A stretch of 64,000 nt of DNA from a virus. Positions 9,873 through 19,285 of the stretch are shown here, in pieces. The DNA is taken from positions 1 to 64,000 of the IMG/VR virus record IMGVR_UViG_3300005578_000001. One strand, written 5' to 3'. A program made the position numbers and the translations under genes. How positions within the stretch are numbered: position 1 is the first letter of the stretch; each line of letters begins with the position of its first letter. The notes under the pieces were generated by a model, which was not told the origin of the DNA, searched no databases, and saw only the letters and a program-made list of their open reading frames with translations.

Positions 9873-10627
9873 TCTACCGTATTGGGCTGAGCATTGAAAA
9901 ACACCAACGCCCCCAACGGGCGACTAAACCAACGTCCACTAGTGGCGTAAAAGCAACACCACTGTTGCAAATAGTCACACTGTTAAAATGTTACAGGATA
10001 GTGTAAAACAAGAAAGGCTGAGCGGTTAAGCCCAGCCAATCAAGTTTTTTCGCCGCCGTGTCTTGCGGCGCCACAGAATGGAATGAGCAAATACTACCAC
10101 AGATTCCACTCTAATGCGCAAGGTTTTTCGACAGCTAATGAATCCCTGGAAAATCAAGCTGCGCTCGAAGGCGACGAGCGGTCTGACCTGACCGTGCAAA
10201 GGACGGTCACGAACTGCAACACAAACTGGCTTCTCCCGTGGGAGCGGGAGTTTCCTCGCAACGGGCGAGTAATGTATCTCGCTACCCTTTGGGTATCTTC
10301 CGGTCTTACGTCGAGGTAGAGAAATGTGGTGTGACAGGCACAACCCTGTCAATCGTGTATAAAAAGCCAGAGAGTAATAGCGCGGTCTCAGACGATAAAT
10401 AATTCAGAACTTAGACACGGCAATAAGACAAGTGGTCAACCATCGCGGACGGTGCTCTCTTCATTAATATACACCACCACGAAAGGAAAGACCGGGATCT
10501 GTCTACTCCTCACTTAAACAAGTCCCTCAAGGTCTTCCAGAACATCGACCACCCCAGCGAGCGGGCAAAAGATCTCACGGGACGGCGGGAGCTGAGTGCG
10601 TTAGCCGTAGCGCGCAGGAGGTTACGT

Positions 10628-11038
10628 TTAGTCAGGAGTTTCATTTGATTGAGTCTTGACGGTGGCAAGTGCGGCGCGACAGATAGCAAGGGGCAGCGTG
10701 TCGGCATCGGCGTTTCTGCTTGATCTTGCCGTGCCCTTACAGAATGATGCGTAAGGTAGCTTACCTTCATATAGCGTGCAGGCGAATGACCAACCCTGTT
10801 CGCGCATTTTCTCAACCACCTGCATAGCGGCTTTAATTGACTCAGATGGGCACCAACCCCAAAGACTGTTAACATTTTCAGGGTTGCGGACATCGTATTT
10901 TATCTCTATGAATTCACCATTGGCAGTGACCCAATTTATCTGAGGTGGCGAGTAATCATAGTCAACTTGCTCATGCCATCTCATCACGTGCTCAGCAATA
11001 GCCGCGTCTAGCATTCTTCCGCTTAGCTTATTACTCAT
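10628..11038 (-). CDS. Phage ABA-sandwich (BC1872-like) protein
   Basis: LDAAIAEHVM..W, PSESIKAAMQVVEKM, TLPLAICRAAL motifs. Confidence 0.7.
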   Translation of the reverse strand: MSNKLSGRMLDAAIAEHVMRWHEQVDYDYSPPQINWVTANGEFIEIKYDVRNPENVNSLWGWCPSESIKAAMQVVEKMREQGWSFACTLYEGKLPYASFCKGTARSSRNADADTLPLAICRAALATVKTQSNETPD

Positions 11039-11481
11039 AATTTCACCACGTCCCGCTCACTCTGTACCTCTCGTAACGACTTCAACTGCGGCGCAATCCC
11101 ACTCGTCAACCCTGTCAATGCCTCAATCCTTGCGCTCTCTGCTCGATTTGCTAGTCGATGCGCGAGATAGCCATCAATGACGCGCTCGATTGCGGCGGCT
11201 AGTTTCTCGGCTTCTGTGTCACAAGTGGCGTTATCGAGTTGCTCCCAGAGCGGAGAGCGCTTAATTGATTCGTAGGCGAGTTCAGCGATCGAGTCTTTAA
11301 TTTGATGCTTAGCCGGAGGCGGTGTGGTCTGATGACATTCGCAGGGGCAGCCCTCAAAGCGCGAAATCAACTCTATTTCGGCTGTACATTTTTGGTGTTC
11401 TCCTATTTGACAGAACCACCATTTATTATCGGTTAGCCTGCCGGGCTTGCGTTTATTCTCATGTAGTTGTTGGGTGTTCAT
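11035..11481 (-). CDS. Hypothetical protein with Cys/His motif
   Basis: Coupled ORF in the leftward operon; CQIGEHQKC...CPCECH. Confidence 0.55.
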   Translation of the reverse strand: MNTQQLHENKRKPGRLTDNKWWFCQIGEHQKCTAEIELISRFEGCPCECHQTTPPPAKHQIKDSIAELAYESIKRSPLWEQLDNATCDTEAEKLAAAIERVIDGYLAHRLANRAESARIEALTGLTSGIAPQLKSLREVQSERDVVKL

Positions 11482-11711
11482 CACTTGTTCCCCTTTGTCT
11501 TCTTACGACAGAACGGACAGTAGGTGCAGATCATTGCAGGTGGTGGTTTATGTTTGCGCCCACGCGGCGGTTCGTCTATCCAGCGGGTATTGATACTCAG
11601 CAATGACTCCATACGCATCTTTTTATCGAAAATCAATGACGGGGCAAGTTGGTAGTCATGACCCGTATCTCTTAGCTCTCGGTTAATTCTTTCAACGCAA
11701 TCGCAATTCAT
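11481..11711 (-). CDS. Small Zn-binding phage protein
   Basis: MNCDC...YCPFC. Confidence 0.65.
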   Translation of the reverse strand: MNCDCVERINRELRDTGHDYQLAPSLIFDKKMRMESLLSINTRWIDEPPRGRKHKPPPAMICTYCPFCRKKTKGNK

Positions 11712-11932
11712 CTTGCCGCCTTTCTCGTAAATCCGCCCCACTGGTCAATGAAGCCATCGTCAGGTTGAGTAATCTTAGCTTGATCGTATTCCTCTCACTC
11801 GGACCAGCCACAGTCGAAGCAGCCCCACGGTCCATAGAGCCACGCTAAGCCGTTGTGAACTTCATCTCTGCGGCATTTACCGTTACAGCGCGGACACTGC
11901 ATCTCGTTCTCGTCCACTTGTTGGGTGTTCAT
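11708..11932 (-). pseudogene. Zn-ribbon protein gene with an in-frame TGA at 11795-11797
   Basis: Hand translation MNTQQVDENEMQCPRC...GPWGCFDCGWSE*EEYDQ...RKAAR*; ATGA overlaps at both ends. Confidence 0.55.
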
Positions 11933-12081
11933 TTTGATTGCGTCTCCTGCTTCTTGGGCCATCTAGCCGCCCGCGCTTTCTCTAGACTCTTTTTCGAGGC
12001 CGCTCGTTTCTTCTTAGATGTAGCTTTCCCGCCCCGGCGGCCTAGTTCCTGCATGACTTTTTTGATTGTGTCGTTGTTCAT
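11929..12081 (-). CDS. Small basic putative DNA-binding protein (not in ORF track)
   Basis: 50 aa MNNDTIKKVMQELGRRGGKATSKKKRAASKKSLEKARAARW..; GRRGGK motif; ATGA coupling. Confidence 0.65.
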   Translation of the reverse strand: MNNDTIKKVMQELGRRGGKATSKKKRAASKKSLEKARAARWPKKQETQSK

Positions 12082-12101
12082 TATTTATCGAATGTGGTTC
12101 C

Positions 12102-12344
12102 TTAGTAATGGATAGCTTTAAGGCGCTCTATTGCCGCTGCTTCGTCAATCTCGCCCGCGTTAAGCGCATCGCATACCGCTTGGCCCTGCCTTCGCAAAGA
12201 CTCCGATAAGACGCGGCGCTTTCGGCTGTATTCAGCGCGGCCAAAGTGGCGAAGAAACATCGGCGTGAACCCGTCGCCGTAACGCCGGATATAGGGCTGT
12301 AACCCGCCTTCGACTACCTCGTATGTCATCGGTAAAGATTGCAT
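12102..12344 (-). CDS. Hypothetical protein
   Basis: ORF with AAGGA RBS in the leftward operon. Confidence 0.5.
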   Translation of the reverse strand: MQSLPMTYEVVEGGLQPYIRRYGDGFTPMFLRHFGRAEYSRKRRVLSESLRRQGQAVCDALNAGEIDEAAAIERLKAIHY

Positions 12345-12349
12345 GGGGT

Positions 12350-12634
12350 TTATTCCTTATGTCCGCGACGGCAATACTCTCGACACTTTTCAGCAAGTTC
12401 TCCATAGCCGCCCGCCTCATTCCATCGTGCGTTTGATTCACACTGAGCGCAGGTTTCGAACGGGAACTCGCAATAGCAATTACACTTCTCGTCGCTCAAA
12501 AGAGCGCCTTCCATCTTTTCACAGAAACCGCCTTCGTTGTCGCTGTACCTTTCTTCGTGGCCGCACCTTAAGCAGATTCGCGCCGCTACCATGTTGGGCG
12601 GATGTGATCTTTCGAATGATGTATCAAAACCCAT
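12350..12634 (-). CDS. Cys-rich hypothetical protein, likely leaderless
   Basis: ATG 7 nt after a -10 box; CLRCGH. Confidence 0.55.
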   Translation of the reverse strand: MGFDTSFERSHPPNMVAARICLRCGHEERYSDNEGGFCEKMEGALLSDEKCNCYCEFPFETCAQCESNARWNEAGGYGELAEKCREYCRRGHKE

Positions 12635-12641
12635 AATCCCG

Positions 12642-12670
12642 AATATACAGTAAGCCGCTTACTGAGTCAA
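12642..12670 (-). promoter_or_regulatory. Sigma70-type promoter with palindromic operator filling the spacer
   Basis: TTGACT-17-TATATT; the spacer is the palindrome CAGTAAGC-N-GCTTACTG (12648-12664). Confidence 0.75.
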
Positions 12671-12868
12671 GGCTATTCTCAATTATTTCTCCATACTATT
12701 TCGTGCGGCTCAAGAGCTAAATCTCACACCTCCCGCCACAATTCTGTTACACTTTCCCACAAGTGACGCAGATCACTTATTCCTCCTGTTTTGAGGCTGG
12801 GCCTATTTGGGGGCATAAAGACCTGGCCTCGCTTTCCCTCTCTTCATCGATACGAAAGGAATCCCCTA

Positions 12869-15076
12869 ATGGCTATCAGTAGACAGACTGGAATTATTGC
12901 AGCGCTGGTTATATCGCTGGTCCTATTAGTTAGCGGCGTCATCGCGCACGCGGAGGTTGAGGATACCGCAGACATTCCAGCTATTCGCCCTGACGTTCCG
13001 TTAAGCGATTCAGGTCAAATAAATCTTATCCGTAACCTGAACATGGCGGTGAATATCATTGTCGAGCCTCAGGGAGATGCACAAGCGGGAATTAACGCCG
13101 CACCCTGTGGGAGCGCGGTAACGCTGACAGCGGGAACGACATACGCGGCGAATCTAATTCTTCCTAAAAAGGATTGCATAAACTTCATTACCATCCAGTC
13201 ATCGCGAGCGAGTGAGCTAGCGGAAGGGAAGCGAATCGATCCTGCCACCCAAGCCCCGCTCCTTGTCACCCTTGAATCAACTGTCAACGCTGAACCTGTC
13301 ATTCAGACCGCTCTCGGCGCGCATCACTACAAGCTAATTGGCCTACGAGCTAAAACACGCGACACGTCAGTATTCGTCTATGACTTAGTCAGGTTCAGCG
13401 GCAGCGGGCAAACCTCCCCCGATCAAGTGCCGCATCATCTTATCTTGGATCGGGGTTGGATCGAAGGGAACGCGAATCAGGACACGCAACGTGGGTTAAC
13501 TCTCAACTGCGCAGACTGTGGCGTGATCAATTCCCACATCACTAATATCAAAGGCAAGGGCATGGACACGCAGGCCGTGTGCGGGTGGAATGGAACCTTG
13601 CGTGCCTACGTGCTGAACAACTACCTTGAAGCTACAGGTGAGAACGTGATGTGGGGCGGGGCAGATCCGGCACAGGAGTTAATGATTCCCACCAACGTTG
13701 AGGTACGCCGCAACACCATCAGCAAGCGGCTGGAATGGAGAGGGCAGGGTTACACGATCAAGAACCTCATTGAAATGAAGAATTGTATCGGCTGTACGGT
13801 TGATGGGAATATGCTCGTTAATAATTGGGGTAATGAAGGCCAAGCCGGGGCGGCAGTCGTCATCACCGTGCGTAATCAAGACTGTCGTGCCCCGTGGAGT
13901 ACAATTCAAAACGGAAGCTTCACTAACAACTTCGTGAGTAACTCCGACGGCGTATTCAACTTTCTTGGAAAAGATAATGAAGCTGAGCCCACTTATCAAG
14001 ATAGTCCCGGCCATCCGAAGTGCAGCGATCCGGGTGAATCCTACGGCTCAGTGCGTGGAAATGCATTCCTTGTCGCGAATAATGTCTTCGACAAGATCAT
14101 CGGACCATTCATCGTCATCAACGGCTTCTACAGCATCACAGTGGAGAACAATACTGATTTGCAAACCTGCACGCAGGGCTGTAACACTGCTACCTTCTAC
14201 GGTGAGCCCTCGATGAACTACATCCATCGTAACAACGTTCACGATGAGAAAGCTTATGGATTAGCCGGAGACGCAGGGAAGCCGCCGAGCTTCTATGTGC
14301 CGAATGCAATCATGACCGGGAATGTAATTGCGCATCCCTACTCCCCGTGGCCGAGCGGGAATACGACGGTTGAGAGCTTGACTATTACCTCTGACTACCG
14401 CACGCCATACGCAGGCGTCGGGGCGGATATTGATAAATTGTTAGCGGCACAGGCTGGGGGTGGGGTAGCGCCGAGTCCGAGTCCGTCTGTAACTGCCACG
14501 GTTACAATTAGTCCGAGCCCGACTGAAACACCTTCGCCAGTGGTGAGTCCGACGAACACGCCAACCGCGACAGCGACCCCAACGCCAACAGCTACGGCCA
14601 CCGCAACCCCGACAGCAACCGTAACTCCAGTTAACGTCTCCCTAGACAACACTCGACTCCCACCTGCGGGTCAGATTGTCGATTCATTATCAGCGGTCTG
14701 GACGTTGAGTGGGACAACGATGCTGCGCAATGGTTCGGACTCAGGTGGGCGAGGCTCGCTCATCGTCTGGTTTGGGGGACAGGTTTACGCGATTGGCGTC
14801 GATACTAACTGGTGGCACTACACAGGCGGCACGTCATGGGAGCGGGTGAGTGGAGATCCGGCTGGATCCACAACACCCACTCCGACTCCGAGCGCGGTCC
14901 CGACAGCCACGCCCGCGCCAACCAGTACGCCGGCGCCGACAAGTAGCCCCACACCACAGCCGACGCCTACGCCTACGCCTACGCCCGGCATACGCTTCTG
15001 TCCATCAGGAACACGGCCTGTGAATGGATGTGTATGTAGGAATGGGTTTAAGGGGGCTTCTGGGAAATGTCGATAA
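12869..15076 (+). CDS. Secreted right-handed beta-helix (pectin lyase-like) protein with Pro/Thr linkers
   Basis: AAAGGA RBS, signal peptide ending AHA, NNYLEA/RRNTI/DGNML/NNVF rungs, two PT-rich linkers, C-terminal Cys motif. Confidence 0.75.
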   Translation: MAISRQTGIIAALVISLVLLVSGVIAHAEVEDTADIPAIRPDVPLSDSGQINLIRNLNMAVNIIVEPQGDAQAGINAAPCGSAVTLTAGTTYAANLILPKKDCINFITIQSSRASELAEGKRIDPATQAPLLVTLESTVNAEPVIQTALGAHHYKLIGLRAKTRDTSVFVYDLVRFSGSGQTSPDQVPHHLILDRGWIEGNANQDTQRGLTLNCADCGVINSHITNIKGKGMDTQAVCGWNGTLRAYVLNNYLEATGENVMWGGADPAQELMIPTNVEVRRNTISKRLEWRGQGYTIKNLIEMKNCIGCTVDGNMLVNNWGNEGQAGAAVVITVRNQDCRAPWSTIQNGSFTNNFVSNSDGVFNFLGKDNEAEPTYQDSPGHPKCSDPGESYGSVRGNAFLVANNVFDKIIGPFIVINGFYSITVENNTDLQTCTQGCNTATFYGEPSMNYIHRNNVHDEKAYGLAGDAGKPPSFYVPNAIMTGNVIAHPYSPWPSGNTTVESLTITSDYRTPYAGVGADIDKLLAAQAGGGVAPSPSPSVTATVTISPSPTETPSPVVSPTNTPTATATPTPTATATATPTATVTPVNVSLDNTRLPPAGQIVDSLSAVWTLSGTTMLRNGSDSGGRGSLIVWFGGQVYAIGVDTNWWHYTGGTSWERVSGDPAGSTTPTPTPSAVPTATPAPTSTPAPTSSPTPQPTPTPTPTPGIRFCPSGTRPVNGCVCRNGFKGASGKCR
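14465..14630 (+). repeat. Pro/Thr/Ser low-complexity coding repeat (second tract at about 14870-14990)
   Basis: PSPSPS...TPTATATPTPTATATATPT. Confidence 0.8.
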
Positions 15077-15126
15077 TCGCGATAAAACCGTGACAAACTG
15101 GCCCAACGGGAGTAGGATGCAACTTG

Positions 15127-15483
15127 ATGGACAACTTAGCCTCGTTCATTCAAGCAGCGACAGGAGCAGGATTTATAGCCAAGATGGTTGTCGATGGCTT
15201 TCGTATGGCGGTGGATATGCCGAGATGGATGCCAGTGCTGCTCGCGTTCGTTGCGGCCCAAGCTGGCGAATTCCTGCTGCTACTATCCCAGAACGCTACT
15301 TTCACTCGCCAGACGATGGCGCAGGCTGGGTTGATTGGACTAATCGCATGGGGGTTGACCATCGGCGTGACTGAGTTGCAGAAGAAAGCTAACCGCAGCG
15401 AGGAACGAATCGATACGGCTCTCGCAATGCCGGAAGGATCGTCGAAGAACGATCTTGAGAGAGTGATGAAAGGGAACATATGA
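15127..15483 (+). CDS. Holin-like membrane protein
   Basis: Three hydrophobic segments and a charged C-terminus. Confidence 0.55.
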   Translation: MDNLASFIQAATGAGFIAKMVVDGFRMAVDMPRWMPVLLAFVAAQAGEFLLLLSQNATFTRQTMAQAGLIGLIAWGLTIGVTELQKKANRSEERIDTALAMPEGSSKNDLERVMKGNI

Positions 15484-15935
15484 GACTTGCTCGACGACAA
15501 CTAGCACCAATCGCACTGCTCACGTTACTCATTATCACCACGGCTGGATTTAAGGGGTGCCCATCGTCGAACGATCTGGATCGCGGAGCGAAAGCATCAA
15601 ACGAACTTGCGCATGACGTACTACTGGCGAATCGTGTCCTGGTTGAATTTTATACCGCTGGCAAGATCCCACTCGCTGCGAAGGACAAGATTGCCGACAA
15701 GCTTGGTACGATCGGAGACAAGGGCGAGAAGTTCAACGCAACGCTGATCGAGCTTGATAGGAAGTACCCGCAAGGAACAATGCCACCGCAGGATTTGCAG
15801 TTTGTGCGCGACAATCTTGGCGAGTTGCGAAAACTGTACAGCGAAGTGCTGGCAGACCTGCTTCCGTTCAAAGCACAGAAGGCGGTAAGCGCCCTTGATA
15901 AAGACCTGTCCACTATCGAGAAGGTGGTGAAATAG
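15480..15935 (+). CDS. Helical lipoprotein (possible spanin component)
   Basis: Basic N-terminus, hydrophobic stretch, then FKGC lipobox-like Cys; coupled to the holin-like gene. Confidence 0.55.
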   Translation: MRLARRQLAPIALLTLLIITTAGFKGCPSSNDLDRGAKASNELAHDVLLANRVLVEFYTAGKIPLAAKDKIADKLGTIGDKGEKFNATLIELDRKYPQGTMPPQDLQFVRDNLGELRKLYSEVLADLLPFKAQKAVSALDKDLSTIEKVVK

Positions 15936-16184
15936 ATGCTAGATCTCCACGACATCATCAACGGCTTACAGGAAGTATTACCTATTCTTGGCACGCTTAC
16001 AGGGCATCCCGAGATCGGCGTGCTTAGTTCCCGGTTGCTACAATTAGGTGAGGATGAACTACAACGACGTACAGCCATAAGCGGCTTAAGCCGGAGCGAG
16101 GAGCTGGCCGAAGCTGAGCGCACCTACAGGCAGTTTAGAATCGAGAACGAAGCGGCGAAAAAGATGGGCCATGAGAACGAATAA
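15936..16184 (+). CDS. Hypothetical protein
   Basis: Abuts upstream stop; TAATG coupling downstream. Confidence 0.6.
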   Translation: MLDLHDIINGLQEVLPILGTLTGHPEIGVLSSRLLQLGEDELQRRTAISGLSRSEELAEAERTYRQFRIENEAAKKMGHENE

Positions 16185-16444
16185 TGGGCACCGAACTACT
16201 CAACTCTGCCCTCGCTGAGATGTTTCCGCCCAACCTGACGATCTATCGCAAAGGCTGGGTCTGGCAGGGTAGGCCAGTGCAAATCTCTTACGTGCTCGGC
16301 TATGATGAATACGGCTGTCCTTACATGCATGACGAGGCTACAGGATTGCCGCTGGAGATGACGCCGCTGGATACGGAAGAGGATTTGCTTGAGCAGCGTG
16401 AGAAGAGATACTTGAGCAAGGTCGAGGCAGGCGGTAATACGTAG
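16184..16444 (+). CDS. Hypothetical protein
   Basis: TAATG coupling. Confidence 0.55.
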   Translation: MGTELLNSALAEMFPPNLTIYRKGWVWQGRPVQISYVLGYDEYGCPYMHDEATGLPLEMTPLDTEEDLLEQREKRYLSKVEAGGNT

Positions 16445-16629
16445 GACAGGCGTGAAACGACACGTAGCCGAGAAATCTTCCCGAAGGGTCGCTGCTGCTG
16501 AACCGTACCGGAACTAAGAACCTTGCTCAAGTTATTTAACAACAAGGGTGGTCGTAACGGGCTGGTAGCGGCATACCTTAATTGGCCCGGTAGGCAGGAG
16601 CAGGCGGAAGGCTACCTGTCCATAAAGTC

Positions 16630-16974
16630 ATGAATCAGAACTGTGAACACACCGATCATATTCGACTTGGCCCAACCGAGGAAAGCTGGGCGCGGTTTGA
16701 AGAGGAACGCTCGAAAGCGATCGACAACTTCGTTCAGAAAGTTCTTAAAGGAGTCATATCTATGTCAGTGAGATGTAAGTTTGTATGTAGTTTCAAGGAG
16801 GGTCAAAGCGTTCATTTTAGCCCGGTCTATAGTGGTAGCGAGGAAAATAAGAAATTCTTTCAAGCTACGCCGGGCGGACAGATTGCGTTTTACACGGTCA
16901 ACGAATCGGCCCTGAGTCAATTCGAGCAAGGTAAAGAATACTACGTTGACTTTACTCCGGCTGATAGCGAATGA
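16630..16974 (+). CDS. Conserved phage protein (likely internal start MSVRCKF after AAGGAG)
   Basis: VRCKF..PVYSGSEENKKFFQATP.G..FEQGKEYYVDFTPA motif. Confidence 0.65.
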   Translation: MNQNCEHTDHIRLGPTEESWARFEEERSKAIDNFVQKVLKGVISMSVRCKFVCSFKEGQSVHFSPVYSGSEENKKFFQATPGGQIAFYTVNESALSQFEQGKEYYVDFTPADSE

Positions 16975-17066
16975 CCAAGGATCGAATTTGACAATGCCAA
17001 GTAACTTTGAATAGTTGGAGTACTTGTTATCTAGAGTTGATCACCTGAATCTGTAAGGAGACTTGA

Positions 17067-17240
17067 ATGACCGACACATCCTCCGATCCCAACCCCGAAG
17101 GCGCAGGTTACACGCAGATCATTCTCCCGACAGAGATGGTCATCGACATGGGCCGCAAGCTCATGGCGCAGCCCCAGGTTGAGTTTACACAAGAGCAGAA
17201 GAATGAACTGCTGAGCGCGATTATGCGAGCGATTGGTTGA
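17067..17240 (+). CDS. Small hypothetical protein (57 aa, not in track)
   Basis: AAGGAG RBS 6 nt upstream; open frame MTDTSSDPNP...IMRAIG. Confidence 0.6.
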   Translation: MTDTSSDPNPEGAGYTQIILPTEMVIDMGRKLMAQPQVEFTQEQKNELLSAIMRAIG

Positions 17241-17264
17241 TTGTAAACTTAAGAGACTACTGAA

Positions 17265-17876
17265 ATGATTCTCATCTTTCTACTCGCTATATTCTTCCAG
17301 CAACCTGACCATTCTCCCAAGCCCTGTCGGGTTACGGAGGTTGTCGTTGAAGGTGTACGTTCCGACTGTTACGGCTGGCAACCAGCTAGAGACGAGAAAA
17401 TATTTGCTCCGGCGGCGGTGAATGCGCAACTGCGAGTCGGTGACACCTTCTACTTCGTCTGGACGGAGACACGCTGGGTGGCAGAAATACGCTTTCGGCA
17501 AGGTCTATCTGAGCCCGTAGTTTTTGACGTGGTTGTCGTCCAGTTTACCGAGAAGCAGGTTAATCTCGCCTGGGAGTGTCCCGATCGTGCAGGAGAGTTA
17601 TGCAGTGAGATTATTCCCCGTTCCGAATGGGCGCGCGGTAGTTATCGCTACTGGCCCAAGCAGGTCAAACCCGGCCAACTATTGAAAGCAATGTTCTTTG
17701 TCGGCAACCTGAAATCAATTCCCGGTTGTGCGGAGCGAATAGAGGACGCGAAGACCGACTACAGGCAAGGGCTGGAGTTGAGACCGCCAGTAAACTCGTT
17801 GATACCGGGAGATTGCAGTAGGCCGACTTCGCCGTTCATTCGCAACTTGCTGGAGAAGACCGCACTGAAACAGTAA
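17265..17876 (+). CDS. Putative exported protein
   Basis: Hydrophobic N-terminus MILIFLLAIFFQQ; beta-rich; 6 Cys. Confidence 0.55.
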   Translation: MILIFLLAIFFQQPDHSPKPCRVTEVVVEGVRSDCYGWQPARDEKIFAPAAVNAQLRVGDTFYFVWTETRWVAEIRFRQGLSEPVVFDVVVVQFTEKQVNLAWECPDRAGELCSEIIPRSEWARGSYRYWPKQVKPGQLLKAMFFVGNLKSIPGCAERIEDAKTDYRQGLELRPPVNSLIPGDCSRPTSPFIRNLLEKTALKQ

Positions 17877-17882
17877 GAGGAA

Positions 17883-18143
17883 ATGTGTATGCCGCTAACC
17901 TTCAAGTTTGACCCTGAACAGCTAGATAGGCTAATTAGCTCGATCGATAACTTATCTACCAACCTCGCCAAGTGGCAAGCTGGACAAACTGTCGCTATCG
18001 AGCAAGGCTTTGCCAGCCTCGTCTCAACCCTCGGCGGCGACATGAGCGAGGAAGTACAACAACGCATCGACGCGATCGCCAATTCCGTTAAGTCCGTCAA
18101 GGACAAATTGCAAACATCCGTAGATTCACAAAAGGAGACTTAG
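17883..18143 (+). CDS. Small coiled-coil protein
   Basis: GAGG RBS; heptad pattern. Confidence 0.6.
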   Translation: MCMPLTFKFDPEQLDRLISSIDNLSTNLAKWQAGQTVAIEQGFASLVSTLGGDMSEEVQQRIDAIANSVKSVKDKLQTSVDSQKET

Positions 18144-18149
18144 ACCACA

Positions 18150-18383
18150 ATGCCAGCAGATTTTACGACACTTGACACCGAAGTGGGAGAACTAACTTCC
18201 GTAGCTGATTCTGCCGTTGCGCTCATGGACGGCTTTGACCAACGATTGAAGGATGCAATCGCCGCCGACAACCTCAGCGACAACACGAACGTAGCGCGAC
18301 TCTCGGCTGACTTCAGCGCCCAGAAGCAGAAGCTGGCTGACGCGGTGACACGCAATACGCCAGCCGCGCCGACTGAGGGCTAG
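18150..18383 (+). CDS. Small coiled-coil phage protein
   Basis: AAGGAG RBS; TSVADSAVALMDG...LADAVTRNTPA. Confidence 0.65.
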   Translation: MPADFTTLDTEVGELTSVADSAVALMDGFDQRLKDAIAADNLSDNTNVARLSADFSAQKQKLADAVTRNTPAAPTEG

Positions 18384-18402
18384 TTTGCTCGTCCTCCAAT
18401 GA

Positions 18403-18756
18403 ATGCCCGACGAATCTCAGGAGCAACTAATTGGACTTGTCACTCGCGGACTGGCCTCAATCCAAGACCAGCTCCGCGAACGTGACACGCGCTATAACAC
18501 GATGTCCGAGTCGATGATCGGGCTCAAGTTCCAAGTTGAGGTGATGAGTAAGACGCTGAGTAAGCTGGAAGGAGACATTGTCAAGAACTCCACCGATCGG
18601 CTCACCATGCGCGTAGAAGCGCTGGAGAAGTCCGACACTGAGCACAGACGCAAACAGGATGAGAACGTTAAATGGATCAAAGGACTGGCAGCCAGTGTAA
18701 TCATGCTCCTGCTTGGCGTGCTCTTCAACTTCATTCGGATCAGCTTGAAGCAATGA
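18403..18756 (+). CDS. Coiled-coil protein with C-terminal TM helix (XhlA-like architecture)
   Basis: RVEALE coil followed by WIKGLAASVIMLLLGVLF. Confidence 0.6.
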   Translation: MPDESQEQLIGLVTRGLASIQDQLRERDTRYNTMSESMIGLKFQVEVMSKTLSKLEGDIVKNSTDRLTMRVEALEKSDTEHRRKQDENVKWIKGLAASVIMLLLGVLFNFIRISLKQ

Positions 18757-19187
18757 GCGATGATCTTGATAAACTGGTGGCGGTGGTGGACGAACTGGAT
18801 CCAAATACTCTCACCACCAAAGACAGGGAAGAGATTCTCAGGTGGGGCGCGGATAAAATCGGCTTCGTGTTAGTAGATGTAGATGAGCAAAAGATCCTAC
18901 ACGGTACATCAGGAGCAGAGAGTCTCTTTGGCTATGTTACCGACGAGATGACGGACCTGCCACTTATCGAGCTCGTTCCCGAAGGGCTACGGGCCGCGCA
19001 TGTCAAGCACGTGGAGAAATTCGGGGAAGCTATGCAGACGCGCAGCATGGGCCGTCGAGATATGGTGCTGATGGGCCGGGAACGAGATGGCTCAACTTTC
19101 CCGGTAGAGATTAGCCTTTACCCGCGCAAGTTTGGAAAACGAAGACTGTGTCTTGCTAATGTGGTGAGGCTGAGCAAGGAAGTCTAA
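18753..19187 (+). CDS. Stand-alone PAS-domain protein
   Basis: ATGA-coupled start; AESLFGY..EM....LIELVP, R.MG, GRERDGSTFPVEISL are classic PAS/PAC motifs. Confidence 0.85.
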   Translation: MSDDLDKLVAVVDELDPNTLTTKDREEILRWGADKIGFVLVDVDEQKILHGTSGAESLFGYVTDEMTDLPLIELVPEGLRAAHVKHVEKFGEAMQTRSMGRRDMVLMGRERDGSTFPVEISLYPRKFGKRRLCLANVVRLSKEV

Positions 19188-19285
19188 CACCCCCAAATGA
19201 ATCGCAACCGTGATAACTTCGCAAGATCCAAGTGGTACACACCCATGCGTACTACGATCTAATTAAAAGGGAAACAAGGATAAAA

